A stretch of 64,000 nt of DNA from contig CATNEN010000005.1 in the NCBI GenBank assembly GCA_950097015.1, positions 5,704,001-5,768,000 on the forward strand. Reading direction: 5' to 3'. Under the pieces are notes generated by a model, which was not told where the DNA came from, did not search any database, and saw only the letters and a program-made list of their open reading frames with translations. Shown one piece after another: positions 12,392 to 23,225 of the stretch. The stretch comes from Macrostomum hystrix (taxonomy: Eukaryota > Animalia > Platyhelminthes). Made by a program: the position numbers and the translations under genes. Each line of letters begins with the position of its first letter. The first letter of the stretch is position 1.

Positions 12392-12597
12392 AAGTTCGTC
12401 AATTTTCGTCGTTATGGCGCTTCTTATTGTCAGTTTAAACAAGTCTGGAGGAAACTGTAAATTGGTGTCTAAATAAAATGTTACAGGATCAGAAATTAGT
12501 TTTTTCGGTGTTCTTTTCTGTTTGATTTGGCAGCTAAGAGCGTAGTTAGAAATTAAGTGCGTTATTTACTATTTACGCTATTAAAGTCCGTCCGAAG

Positions 12598-12665
12598 CTT
12601 GAGGCCACATTTAATTTGAGGCGCAGCCGCGGAGAGAAGGTTTTAAGGGGCTTGTCGCTATATGC
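12598..12665 (+). mobile_element. SINE family B internal fragment
   Basis: GAGGCCACATTTAATTTGAGGCGCAGCCGCGGAGAGAAGG matches the body of the copies at 44139 and 33201. Confidence 0.65.
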
Positions 12666-12771
12666 AAGTCATAAGTCTGCGTCGAAAATTCCATGTAAAT
12701 CTACCAAACCCACCTGAGACGCAACTATTTTTCAAAGAGTGATTTAAAAAACATTGGCAAAGTTGCAGACA

Positions 12772-15700
12772 ATGGCTGCGCAGCCAGCTTGCCCTCACGG
12801 ATTGGCTTGCTGCGAAACTGGACTACTACATTTTGCCGATTTTTCTCACCCAGATGCTGAAGAAATTGACAATGATAAAGCCGGATTGCTTACTGAAGCT
12901 GTCAGTTGCGCTTGTCAAGACCATGACAGAGCAGAAGAGACTAATTCGGATGGCGGCAAGCCGTCTTTGAAGCGTCAAGACACGGTGCCGATTGATGACA
13001 GCTCGTTAATTGAGGCTAAACGGCTGAAATGCGACGAGGATAAAAATGGGATAGATGATTGTGTGAGTTATGCCAGATCAACAACTTCAGTTTTTCAATC
13101 CCAGATCCTCAGCAGATCCTCTCAGCCTTCAGATTCTCAATCCCAGATCCTCTCAGCCTTCAGATGCTCAATCCCAGATTCTCTAAGCCTTCAGATGCTC
13201 AATCCCAGATTCTCTCAGCCTTCAGATGCTCAATCCCAGATCCTCTCAGCCTTCAGATGCTCAATCCCAGATCCTCTCAGCCTTCAGATTCTCAATCCCA
13301 GATCCTCTTAGCCTTCAGATGCTCAATCCCAGATCCTTTAAGTCTTCAGATTCTCAATCCCAGATCCTCTCAGCCTTCAGATTCTCAATCCCAGATTCTC
13401 TAAGCCTTCAGATTCTCAATCCCAGATTCTTTCAGCCTTCAGATGCTCAATCCCAGATCCTCTCAGCCTTCAGATGCTCAATCCCAGATCCTCTCAGCCT
13501 TCAGATGCTCAATCCCAGATTCTCTCAGCCTTCAGGTGCTCAATCCCAGATCCTCTCAGCCTTCAGATTCTCAATCCCAGATCCTCTCAGCCTTCAGATT
13601 CTCAATCCCAGTTCCTCTCAGCCTTCAGATTCTCAATCCCAGATCCTCTCAGCCTTCAGATTCTCAATCCCAGTTCCTCTCAGCCTTCAGATTCTCAATC
13701 CCAGATCCTCTCAGCCTTCAGATGCTCAATCCCAGATTCTCTAAGCCTTCAGATGCTCAATCCCAGATCCTCTCAGCCTTCAGATTCTCAATCCCAGATC
13801 CTCTCAGCCTTCAGATGCTCAATCCCAGATTCTCTAAGCCTTCAGATGCTCAATCCCAGATCCTCTCAGCCTTCAGATTCTCAATCCCAGATTCTGTCAG
13901 CCTTCAGATGCTCAATCCCAGATCCTCTCAGCCTTCAGATGCTCAAACCCAGATCCTCTAAGTCTTCAGATGCTCAATCTCAGATCCTCTAAGTCTTCAG
14001 ATGCTCAATCCCAGATTCTCTCAGCCTTCAGGTGCTCAATCCCAGATTCTCTAAGCCTTCAGATTCTCAATCCCAGATCCTCTCAGCCTTCAGATTCTCA
14101 ATCCCAGATCCTCTCAGCCTTCAGATGCTCAATCCCAGATCCTCTTAGCCCTCAGATCCTCTAACTGTCTTTTATTCAAATATTCCAATAAGCGAATTTT
14201 AACGTGCTTTAAACTGTACTTCACAAATTCTACAGCAGTCTTCCCGTGGTCTTTCGCGCGGTCTGTCTCTTTTGCGTCAGTACAGCGCCATGTCGCATTC
14301 TCAACGCAAAGCAATTATAGCTGAAGCTTTGGCCGCTAGACGCAGTTTAGAAGAACGGCTTGCTCGAGCTGAATCTCGAGAGCGTCGCTTGCTAAGCACA
14401 GGATGCTTAGGTCTTCCACCTCTACCTGGAGAATTGGAGGCTATTAGCCAAGGTCATTATCTGACAGTGTCATTGTTAGCGCCGGATCTCAGCAGATACT
14501 GTCCCGGCTCCGCTGAGGAATCTCACTATCGACTGGCCGAGTCGCAGTTTCACCGTTTACTGGCTAGAGATTGCGTTGGATGGTTAGTCCCAGCTGCCAG
14601 ATCAATCTCATAGAGATTGTGTAAGATGTGTGATCTCAGCTTAGAATATCATAGAGATTGTGTAAGATGTGTGATGCCAGCTGAGAATCTCATAGAGATT
14701 GTGAAAAGTTTGTGATCTCAGCTGAGAATCTCATAGAGATTGTGTAAGATGTGTGATCTCAGCTGAAAATCTCATAGAGATTGTGTAAGATGTGTTATCT
14801 CAGCTGAGAATCTCATAGAGATTGTGTAAGATGTGTGTGATTTCAGCTGAAAATCTCATATAGATTGTGTAAGATGTGTGATCTCAGCTGAGAATCTCAT
14901 AGAGATTGTGTAAGATGTGTGATGCCAGCTGAGAATCTCAGAGATTGTGTAAGACGTGTGATCTCAGCTGAGAATCTCATAGAGATTGTGTAAGATGTGT
15001 GATCTCAGCTGAGAATCTCATAGAGATTGTGTAAGATGTGTGATCTCAGCTGAGAATCTCATAGAGATTGTGTAAGATGTGTGATGCCAACTGAGAATCT
15101 CATAGAGATTGTGTAAGATGTGTGTGATCTCAGCTGAGAATCTCATAGAGATTGTGTAAGATGTGTGATGCCAACTGAGAATCTCATAGAGATTGTGTAA
15201 GATGTGTGATCTCAGCTGAGAATCTCATAGAGATTGTGTAAGATGTGTGATGCCAACTGAGAATCTCATAGAGATCGTGTAAGATGTGTGATGCCAACTG
15301 AGAATCTCATAGAGATTGTGTAAGATGTGTGTGATCTCAGCTGAGAATCTCATAGAGATTGTGTAAGATGTGTGATGCCAACTGAGAATCTCATAGAGAT
15401 TGTGTAAGATGTGTGATGCCAACTGAGAATCTCATAGAGATTGTGTAAGATGTGTGTGATGCCAACTGAGAATCTCATAGAGATTGTGTAAGATGTGTGT
15501 GATGTCAGCTGAGAATCTCATAGAGATTGTGTAAAATGTTGAGAATCTCAGAGAATCTAGCTGAGAATCTCAGAATAATTTAGCTTCAATCCTTCAACGC
15601 ATAGCTTCCAGGTGACCAAAGTGGACTACATTATTAATCCAGAACTGTTAGCTGGATTTCGACAATTTCACGATGAACACACTCTGAAGGACAAAGGCGA

Positions 15701-17801
15701 CCAACTTAGCTGCAATACTCACCACAATAGCAGCCCAGTGTTAGCTTTTCACGGCACAGAAGAAGCCAACATCGATTCCATCTGTAGATTTGGATTCCGA
15801 ACTCCAGAAGATGGCGCGAATTACAAGCAGGGCAGCGATTCCGGCTGGTACGGCCGCGGAGTGTACTTTAGTGAATATCCTGCCTGCGCTATGGACTATG
15901 TGAAGGGTCGAAGTAAACTGCTGCTATGCCTCGTGAGTTTTTTGGGTACTCCTTATTGAAATTGCAATGAGCAGTCAATCTGGATGACCTTAAATTATCT
16001 CTACTTGATCTATCATTTTGTTGTTAAGACCTCTCATTAAATTGTATTGCATCTCGTTCAATCTGTATGACCACTCGTTCAATCTGTATGACCACTCGTT
16101 CAATCTGTATGACCACTCGTTCAATCTGTATGACCACTCGTTCAATCTGTATGACCACTCGTTCAATCTGTATGACCACTCGTTCAATCTGTATGACCAC
16201 TCGTTCAATCTGTATGACCACTCGTTCAATCTGTATGACCACTCGTTCAATCTGTATGACCACTCGTTCAATCTGTATGACCACTCGTTCAATCTGTATG
16301 ACCACTCGTTCAATCTGTATGACATCTCGTTCAATCTGTGTATGACCTCTCATTTAACCTGTTTGACCTCTCATTCAATCTGCGCATCTCGTCTCATTCA
16401 ATCTGTATGACCTCTCATTCAATCTGTATGACCTCTCATTCAATCTGTGCATCTCGTCTCATTCAATCTGTATGACCTCTCGTAAAATCTGTATGACCTC
16501 TCATTCAATCTGTGCATGTCCTCTCATTCAATCTGTGCATGTCCTCTCATTCAATCTGTGCATGTCCTCTCATTCAATCTGTGCATGTCGTCTAATTCAA
16601 TCTGTGCATGTCGTCTAATTCAATCTGTGCATGTCGTCTCATTCAATCTGTGCATGTCGTCTCATTCAATCTGTGCATGTCGTCTCATTCAATCTGTGCA
16701 TGTCGTCTCATTCAATCTGTATGACCTCTCATTCAATCTGTATGACCTCTCATTCAATATGTGTATGACCTCTCATTCAATCTGTATGACCTCTCGTAAA
16801 ATCTGTATGACCTCTCATTCAATCTGTGCATGTCGTCTCATTCAATCTGTGCATGTCCTCTCATTCAATCTGTATGACCTCTCATTCAATCTGTGCATGT
16901 CGTCTCATTCAATCTGTGCATGTCCTCTCATTCAAACTGTATGACCTATCATTCAATCTGTATGACCTCTCGTAAAATCTGTATGACCTCTCATTCAATC
17001 TGTGCATGTCCTCTCATTCTACCTGTATTACCAATAATTCAATCTGTATGTCCTTTTATTCAATAACCCAATAGTTTTTTTGTGACACCTATTTAAGATG
17101 TATATAAAAAATGAGTGTACAACCGTGTGTCGACGCTTGATGACAGTCTAGATGAGCCTTGGGGAGTTTGTCCTAAAATTTAGGCGTACATTGCACAAGA
17201 ATCCAAGTGAATGTGGTCTAACAAACCGATATTTCAGGTGAATCCAGGTCGCACCTATCACTGCCAGAGCTATAGTCACGGCCAGCCATGCCAGCCAGGC
17301 TATCAGTCTCATCGCAGTCCGGACCTTCGCGAGCTAGTCATATTCGACCCGCGTCAGGCCCTGCCAGCCTATGCTGTGCATTACGAACACGCGGCGCCTT
17401 CGAAGCCGGATTTGAAAATTGAAGCCAAAGGTCCCTACGATGATCTGCACCTGATGTACTTTGACGCCTCTAAAACTGAAGATACTACTTATAGAAGTAG
17501 CAGCCGCATTCTCCGCGGGAAAAATGTTCGCATTTTGAAGACCGGCTTTGGTTCAGCTGGTTTGTTATTGACTCGAGATCAAGTGGCTAGATTCTGTCTG
17601 GATGTTGGCGCCGACTCCGTCGTTAACTATGAGGATGTCGAAGATAGCGACACGTCAATTAGTTATTTAACAATTATTCTGGATGATTCTTACCTGCCTA
17701 AATTATCAGAAGGTGCTTCAGCAGCCAACAATGGCGAAGTCTGGACTTTGAAAGAATTGTTTCAGAAAGCTTTGCATGCTATCGAAATAAACTGCCAGTG
17801 A
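12772..17801 (+). CDS. ADP-ribosyltransferase (PARP-like), ~501 aa: N-terminal PBZ-type zinc finger, PARP catalytic domain, C-terminal BRCT-like domain
   Basis: Exons 12772-13062, 14281-14582, 15584-15932, 17238-17801; phases 0/2/0 join in frame with GT-AG. CPHGLACCETGLLHFADFSHP fits the CCHH PBZ spacing. FHGT...WYGRGVYFSEYPACAMDY...LLLCLVNPG...SHRSPDLRELVIFD is the ARTD H-Y-E signature. LRGKNVRILKTGF...RDQVARFCLDVGA...VWTLKEL is BRCT-like (lower confidence). AATAAA at 17809-17814. Confidence 0.85.
13095..14163. repeat. 31-bp minisatellite (CTCAATCCCAGATCCTCTCAGCCTTCAGATG)n in PARP intron 1, ~34 units
   Basis: Direct reading; 31-aa periodic ORFs cycling through frames. Confidence 0.95.
14605..15575. 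repeat. 41/43-bp minisatellite (CTCAGCTGAGAATCTCATAGAGATTGTGTAAGATGTGTGAT)n in PARP intron 2, ~23 units
   Basis: Direct reading; unit contains the palindrome CTCAGCTGAG and the hairpin AATCTC-ATA-GAGATT. Confidence 0.95.
16045..17050. repeat. 21/23-bp minisatellite (TCGTTCAATCTGTATGACCAC)n grading into CTCATTCAATCTGTGCATGTC variants, PARP intron 3
   Basis: Direct reading; perfect 21-bp block at 16050-16325 followed by variant units. Confidence 0.95.
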
Positions 17802-18056
17802 AAATGCAAATAAAGCCTCTACTAAATATTTTGAATTCAATTTTACTAAAACATTCTAAGAAAAACAGTTTTTCAAATTGCGCATCTGTAGGGATACTAT
17901 TTTTTCTAATAGATTTAATAAATAATAAATGACTAATGACTTCATCCGAGCCAAATTTTGTTTTACTTTACCCTTTTTTCTAGATTAAAGTGCTGTTGCT
18001 ACAAGTTCAGTTTTAGCGAAAATTTTGTCATGTGTTTTTTCTTTATATCTCGCCGT

Positions 18057-18180
18057 AAAGGTCGGGGGTTCGATTCCCCTGACTGGAACTGGATCTGGAA
18101 CAGTTTGTATTTTTTAGCAAAGGATACTTAGCTCTGCGTTGCTTCAGTTTACCCGGCTCTAAAATAGGTACCAACATGAG
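18057..18180 (+). mobile_element. SINE family A, diverged partial copy
   Basis: AAGGTCGGGGGTTCGATTCCC (B box) followed by TAGCAAAGGATACTTAGCTCTGCGTTGCTTCAGTTTACCCGGCT, matching the 23563 copy. Confidence 0.7.
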
Positions 18181-21100
18181 CGGGGTAAGCAAGAGTGGTT
18201 AGTTGATATACGAGTATATATGGTTGAATATCGATTTAGAACTACCATCACGTATATGAATAGCATTTTAACTACGAAAATCATGGACAAAAGTCGATCA
18301 GTAACCAAATATGCTTCGTTTAACAAAACGATTTTGCGCTTTTGCGATCCGCTTCGTTTCACATAAATATCGCTTTAATAATTTGGTCAGCTTTAAGGTA
18401 CACAAATTAAAGCTTTAATTGACAATTTTATACGAATCTTTTTGACTCAATAGGACCTCAGTTGAACTGAATTGCGTTGACGTCCAACACACCATTTCGA
18501 TTGTCACTACTTATTCCTTTAAAACTCGTTCTGACGACATTTATAATATTTTTCTTGTATTTTAGTTAACTAAAACCAAATTATTTCTGCACAAATTGCG
18601 TTTCTCCGTGCCTGTGCTTGTACAGGTAAACTGAATCTGAAATTATAACAGTCAATTATTTCAGTGATAATTTTTTGTAAAGTGTACTATAGAGACAAAG
18701 TTTTGTGTGTGTGACTATCTATTTTATTTTTATTTTATTTTTATGACTAATTATTTCTCGGGTCATAAAACTGGGACATTCATTCTCTGCAATCCTCTGA
18801 GTGCTAAAAACGACACATTCAACAGTTGCTAATGTTTGGCTGAAGTGATTAACAAGTAATAATATTTCTCTTAGTTCTCTTTATTTCTGTTGTCTTCGCG
18901 TTAACTTATTGACGTTCATAATTCATGAGCGAAACGTATTTGTTTTTTTCTTTGTGCATTAGACGCTTTTGTTTTGGCGGAGTTTCAACATGATTTAAGC
19001 ATATTATTTATTAATTACCGTGACTTGTTAAACTAGTGCACAGTACAGCTTAGATACGTTATATAATTTGACTTGATATATAATGTGAATAACGAATAAA
19101 CAGCTTGTAAAAGGTGTGGCGTTGACATTTAACAACTATATAAGTTTTCGTGTTGCGCCAAGCTGAACCACTCTGTACGACTATATCGAATAATGTAACC
19201 GACTTTTTTGTTCAGGTCAAAGAAAAAAATTAATTATTAGCTCATTCTTTGTATGATGTAGTGTAGACCTTTAAATTGATGACATTTAGATTCTGCATCT
19301 TCTTCTTTCTAAAAATGATTGTAGTGCAGAAAATTATTCATAAATCAAATGTAAATTTTAGTTTTTTGTTTGTTAGTACATATTTTTTGTATTTTAGCTT
19401 CAGATAAGGTTTAAAAGGTTCGATCATGTAGTTTTACGGAGTAATATTTTTAATACAATATATAAAAGCTTCTTTTGTAAAACACACTGGAACAGTAAAT
19501 ACTAAATTAACATAAGCTTATGTAACAGTTAGCCACTTTATAAATACGTTCTTTCTATTATAAAAATTGTAAAAATAAATAAAATCAAAAATGCGCCAAA
19601 AAAAATAATTTTTGTTTATCTTTGTACCGTATTAAAAGTAATGCTTATGTAAATAATTTCGTTTTAATACTGTATCCTGTAAATAATAATTTGTAAAATA
19701 TTATCGTTTTAACAAAATGTCAATTTGCTCTGTATAAATAGCCGCGAGTTTTGACCAGGAAAAATAAAGGGGGCAAACAAACCAGAGTGTTAAAGAGTCT
19801 AAAGTGTCTCCGAAGTTTTTTTGTAAGAAGTTGAAGTTAAAGACAAGTGTTCTAAGGTGTTTTCAAGAGTTTAAAGAGTGAGTTTAAAGTGAGATAATTT
19901 GAAGTGTGTAAAGAGTTGAAATTGAAGAAGTTTTAGTGTGTTTGTAAAAAGAGTTTTTAAGTGTGTTAAAAAGCAAATTTCCGAAGGTATTGCATTGTGT
20001 TATTCATTTTAAGAAGAAATAGCAGTGAGAGATATAATCAGAATTATACTCAGGAATTATACTAAGAATATTACAGAAGAGAAACTGCTAAACTCTAATC
20101 TCGGGGACGCCTAATTGACTGGAAACGTGTACAGTTGCCTAGTTACCGCTCGTGCATATATAAACGCTACCATTTGAGAAGTTAAAACGGCCCATTTAAG
20201 GACCGCCTTTTAAAATTATCTATTAGTTGAGTCAACAGCAGTGGAATTATTAAAATAGCCCAAGAACAACTTTGGTGGCATTCAGTAGAATTAAGTAAAA
20301 AGAAGTAAAGCCCTAGTACACTTAAAATAGCACGATGTGTTCATTACGCGCAGCAGAAAATGGCAGCTTTTGTTGATATTTTAATTTTTCTTGTAAAATT
20401 GTTTTCAAGTGATATTTTACTCTTTCCTTTAAAGTTTAACTTAAATCGTGGATTCTAATGTACTTAGTCTATTTAAGTACAGAGAATTGTAGTGCAGCTT
20501 ACTTACAATTACATACTTTTTATTTTGAATTTACACCATGACATGACATTTACCGATCGCTTATCTAATCTCTTGGAGCTGGTCTCTGCTATAAGTTGAT
20601 CTTGATGTGCCAATCATTTAACTAATGCATTTAACAACTAACAATAAAATATTAGCGCCAGATTTTTGTCTTGTTCTTAACATTAAAATGTTCGAGATCT
20701 TGCGATGTTGCCTTGCTAATTTATGCCAAATTTCAGATTTATTGTTTAAAACAACTGAATAAAAATAAAGCGAATCTTTATAAACTAAAATAAACTAACT
20801 TCTTTAGTAAAGTGGCTGCGACAGTTAGTTAACAAATTTTGTCAACGCGCGCCGGTTTGAGCTTAACCTACATTTTACGTGCCTTTGAATTTCGTTTTTC
20901 TTTCTTTAACAATGTCCTTCACTAATTATTGTGAAGAGTATAACTTCCTCAGAGTGAGCGAACACGATAAACACTGCCAGCTAATTGCAGCACGTCATGA
21001 ATTGTATGTACATAATCAATCACAGAATGACTCAAAGACAATGCTTTTTTAGTAGCAGTTTAACAAGCTAGCAATGGGTGCAGGCTATTCCATTGACATG

Positions 21101-21211
21101 CGCCTAATCGTGCGAATTTCGCTATCAGTGTGCTGGACTCAGAGGCGACCTAAAAATGATTTTCTTTATACCATGAAATAGTCACACCATTACAGCATAT
21201 AACGTATTAAG

Positions 21212-23090
21212 TATACTGGGTTCCACAGTGTGTTATACTGGGTTCCACAGTGTGTTATACTGGGTTCCACAGTGTGTTATACTGGGTTCCACAGTATGTT
21301 ATACTGGGTTCCACAGTGTGTTATACTGGGTTCCACAATGTGTTATACTGGGTTCCACAGTGTGTTATACTGGGTTCCACAGTATGTTATACTGGGTTCC
21401 ATTGTGTGTTATACTGGGTTCCACAGTGTGTTATTGGGTTCCATAGTGTGTTATTGGGTTCTATATTGTTCTACTGGGTTCCATTGTGTGTTATACTGGG
21501 TTCCACAGTGTGTTATACTTGGTTTCACAGTGTGTTATACTGGGTTCCACAGTGTGTTATACTGGGTTTCACAGTGTGTTATACTGGGTTCCATAGTGTG
21601 TTATACTGGGTTCCACAGTATGTTATACTGGGTTCCACAGTATGTTATACTGGGTTCCATTGTGTGTTATACTGGGTTCCACAGTGTGTTATTGGGTTCC
21701 ATAGTGTGTTATACTGGGTTCCACAGTGTGTTATACTGGGTTCCACAGTATGTTATACTGGGTTCCATTGTGTGTTATACTGGGTTCCACAGTGTGTTAT
21801 TGGGTTCCATAGTGTGTTATTGGGTTCTATATTGTTCTACTGGGTTCCATTGTGTGTTATACTGGGTTCCACAGTGTGTTATACTGGGTTCCACAGTGTG
21901 TTATACTGGGTTCCACAGTGTGTTATACTGGGTTTCACAGTGTGTTATACTGGGTTCCATAGTGTGTTATACTGGGTTCCACAGTATGTTATACTGGGTT
22001 CCATAGTGTGTTATACTGGGTTCCACAGTGTGTTATACTGGGTTCCACAGTGTGTTATACTGGGTTCCACAGTATGTTATACTGGGTTCCATAGTGTGTT
22101 ATACTGGGTTCCACAGTATGTTATACTGGGTTCCATAGTGTGTAATACTGGGTTCCACAGTGTGTTATACTGGGTTCCACAGTGTGTTATACTGGGTTCC
22201 ACAGTGTGTTATACTGGGTTCCACAGTGTGTTATACTGGGTTCCACAGTGTGTTATACTGGGTTCCACAGTGTGTTATACTGGGTTACACAGTATGTTAT
22301 ACTGGGTTCCATCTTGTGTTATACTGGGTTCCACAGTATGGTATACTGGGTTCCATAGTGTGTTATACTGGGTTCCACAGTGTGTTATACTGGGTTCCAC
22401 AGTGTGTTATACTGGGTTCCACAGTGTGTTATACTGGGTTCCACAGTGTGTTATACTGCGTTCCATAGTGTGTTATACTGGGTTCCACAGTGTGTAATAC
22501 TGGGTTCCACAGTATGGTATACTGGGTTCCACAGTGTGTTATACTGGGTTCCACAGTGTGTTATACTGCGTTCCATAGTGTGTTATACTGGGTTCCACAG
22601 TGTGTTATACTGGGTTCCACAGTGTGGTATATTGGGTTCCACAGTGTGTTATACTGGGTTCCACAGTGTGTTATACTGGGTTCCATAGTGTGTTATACTG
22701 GGTTCCACAGTGTGTTATACTGGGTTCCACAGTATGGTATACTGGGTTCCACAGTGTGTTATACTGGGTTCCACAGTATGGTATACTGGGTTCCACCGTG
22801 TGTTTTACTGGGTTCCACAGTGTGTTATACTGGGTTCCACAGTGTGTTATACTGGGTTCCATCTTGTGTTATACTGGGCTCCATCTTGTGTTATACTGGG
22901 TTCCACAGTGCGTTATACTGGGTTCCATCTTGTGTTATACTGGGTTCCATCTTGTGTTATACTGGGTTCCACAGTGTGTTATACTGGGTTCCATAGTGTG
23001 TTTCTGGGTTCCATAGTGTGTTATTGGGTTCCATAGTGTGTTGCACTGGGTTCTATATTGTTCTACTGGGTTCCATTGTGTGCTATGTGG
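21212..23090. repeat. 22-bp minisatellite (TGTGTTATACTGGGTTCCACAG)n, ~85 units, ending ~100 nt before the first recognisable ninein exon
   Basis: Direct reading; 22-aa periodic ORFs (CYTGFHSVLYWVPQCVILGSTV). Confidence 0.95.
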
Positions 23091-23225
23091 TTCCAAACTT
23101 TGTTAATTTGGTTCTTTAGTATCGCAAGAATTGGTAACCAATATTGAAAAAATGACTATGTCGTAGACAAATCGGTACATTTTACAGCCAATCAGAGAGC
23201 GCCTGGATTGCTAAGAGCGTTGGTC

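Noticed and set aside
21228-23016. Many long Cys/Trp/Tyr-rich ORFs
   Set aside because: These are translations of the 22-bp minisatellite. The same applies to periodic ORFs at 13059-14164, 15990-16944, 24262-24996, 26192-26776, 59172-59725 and 61148-61703.
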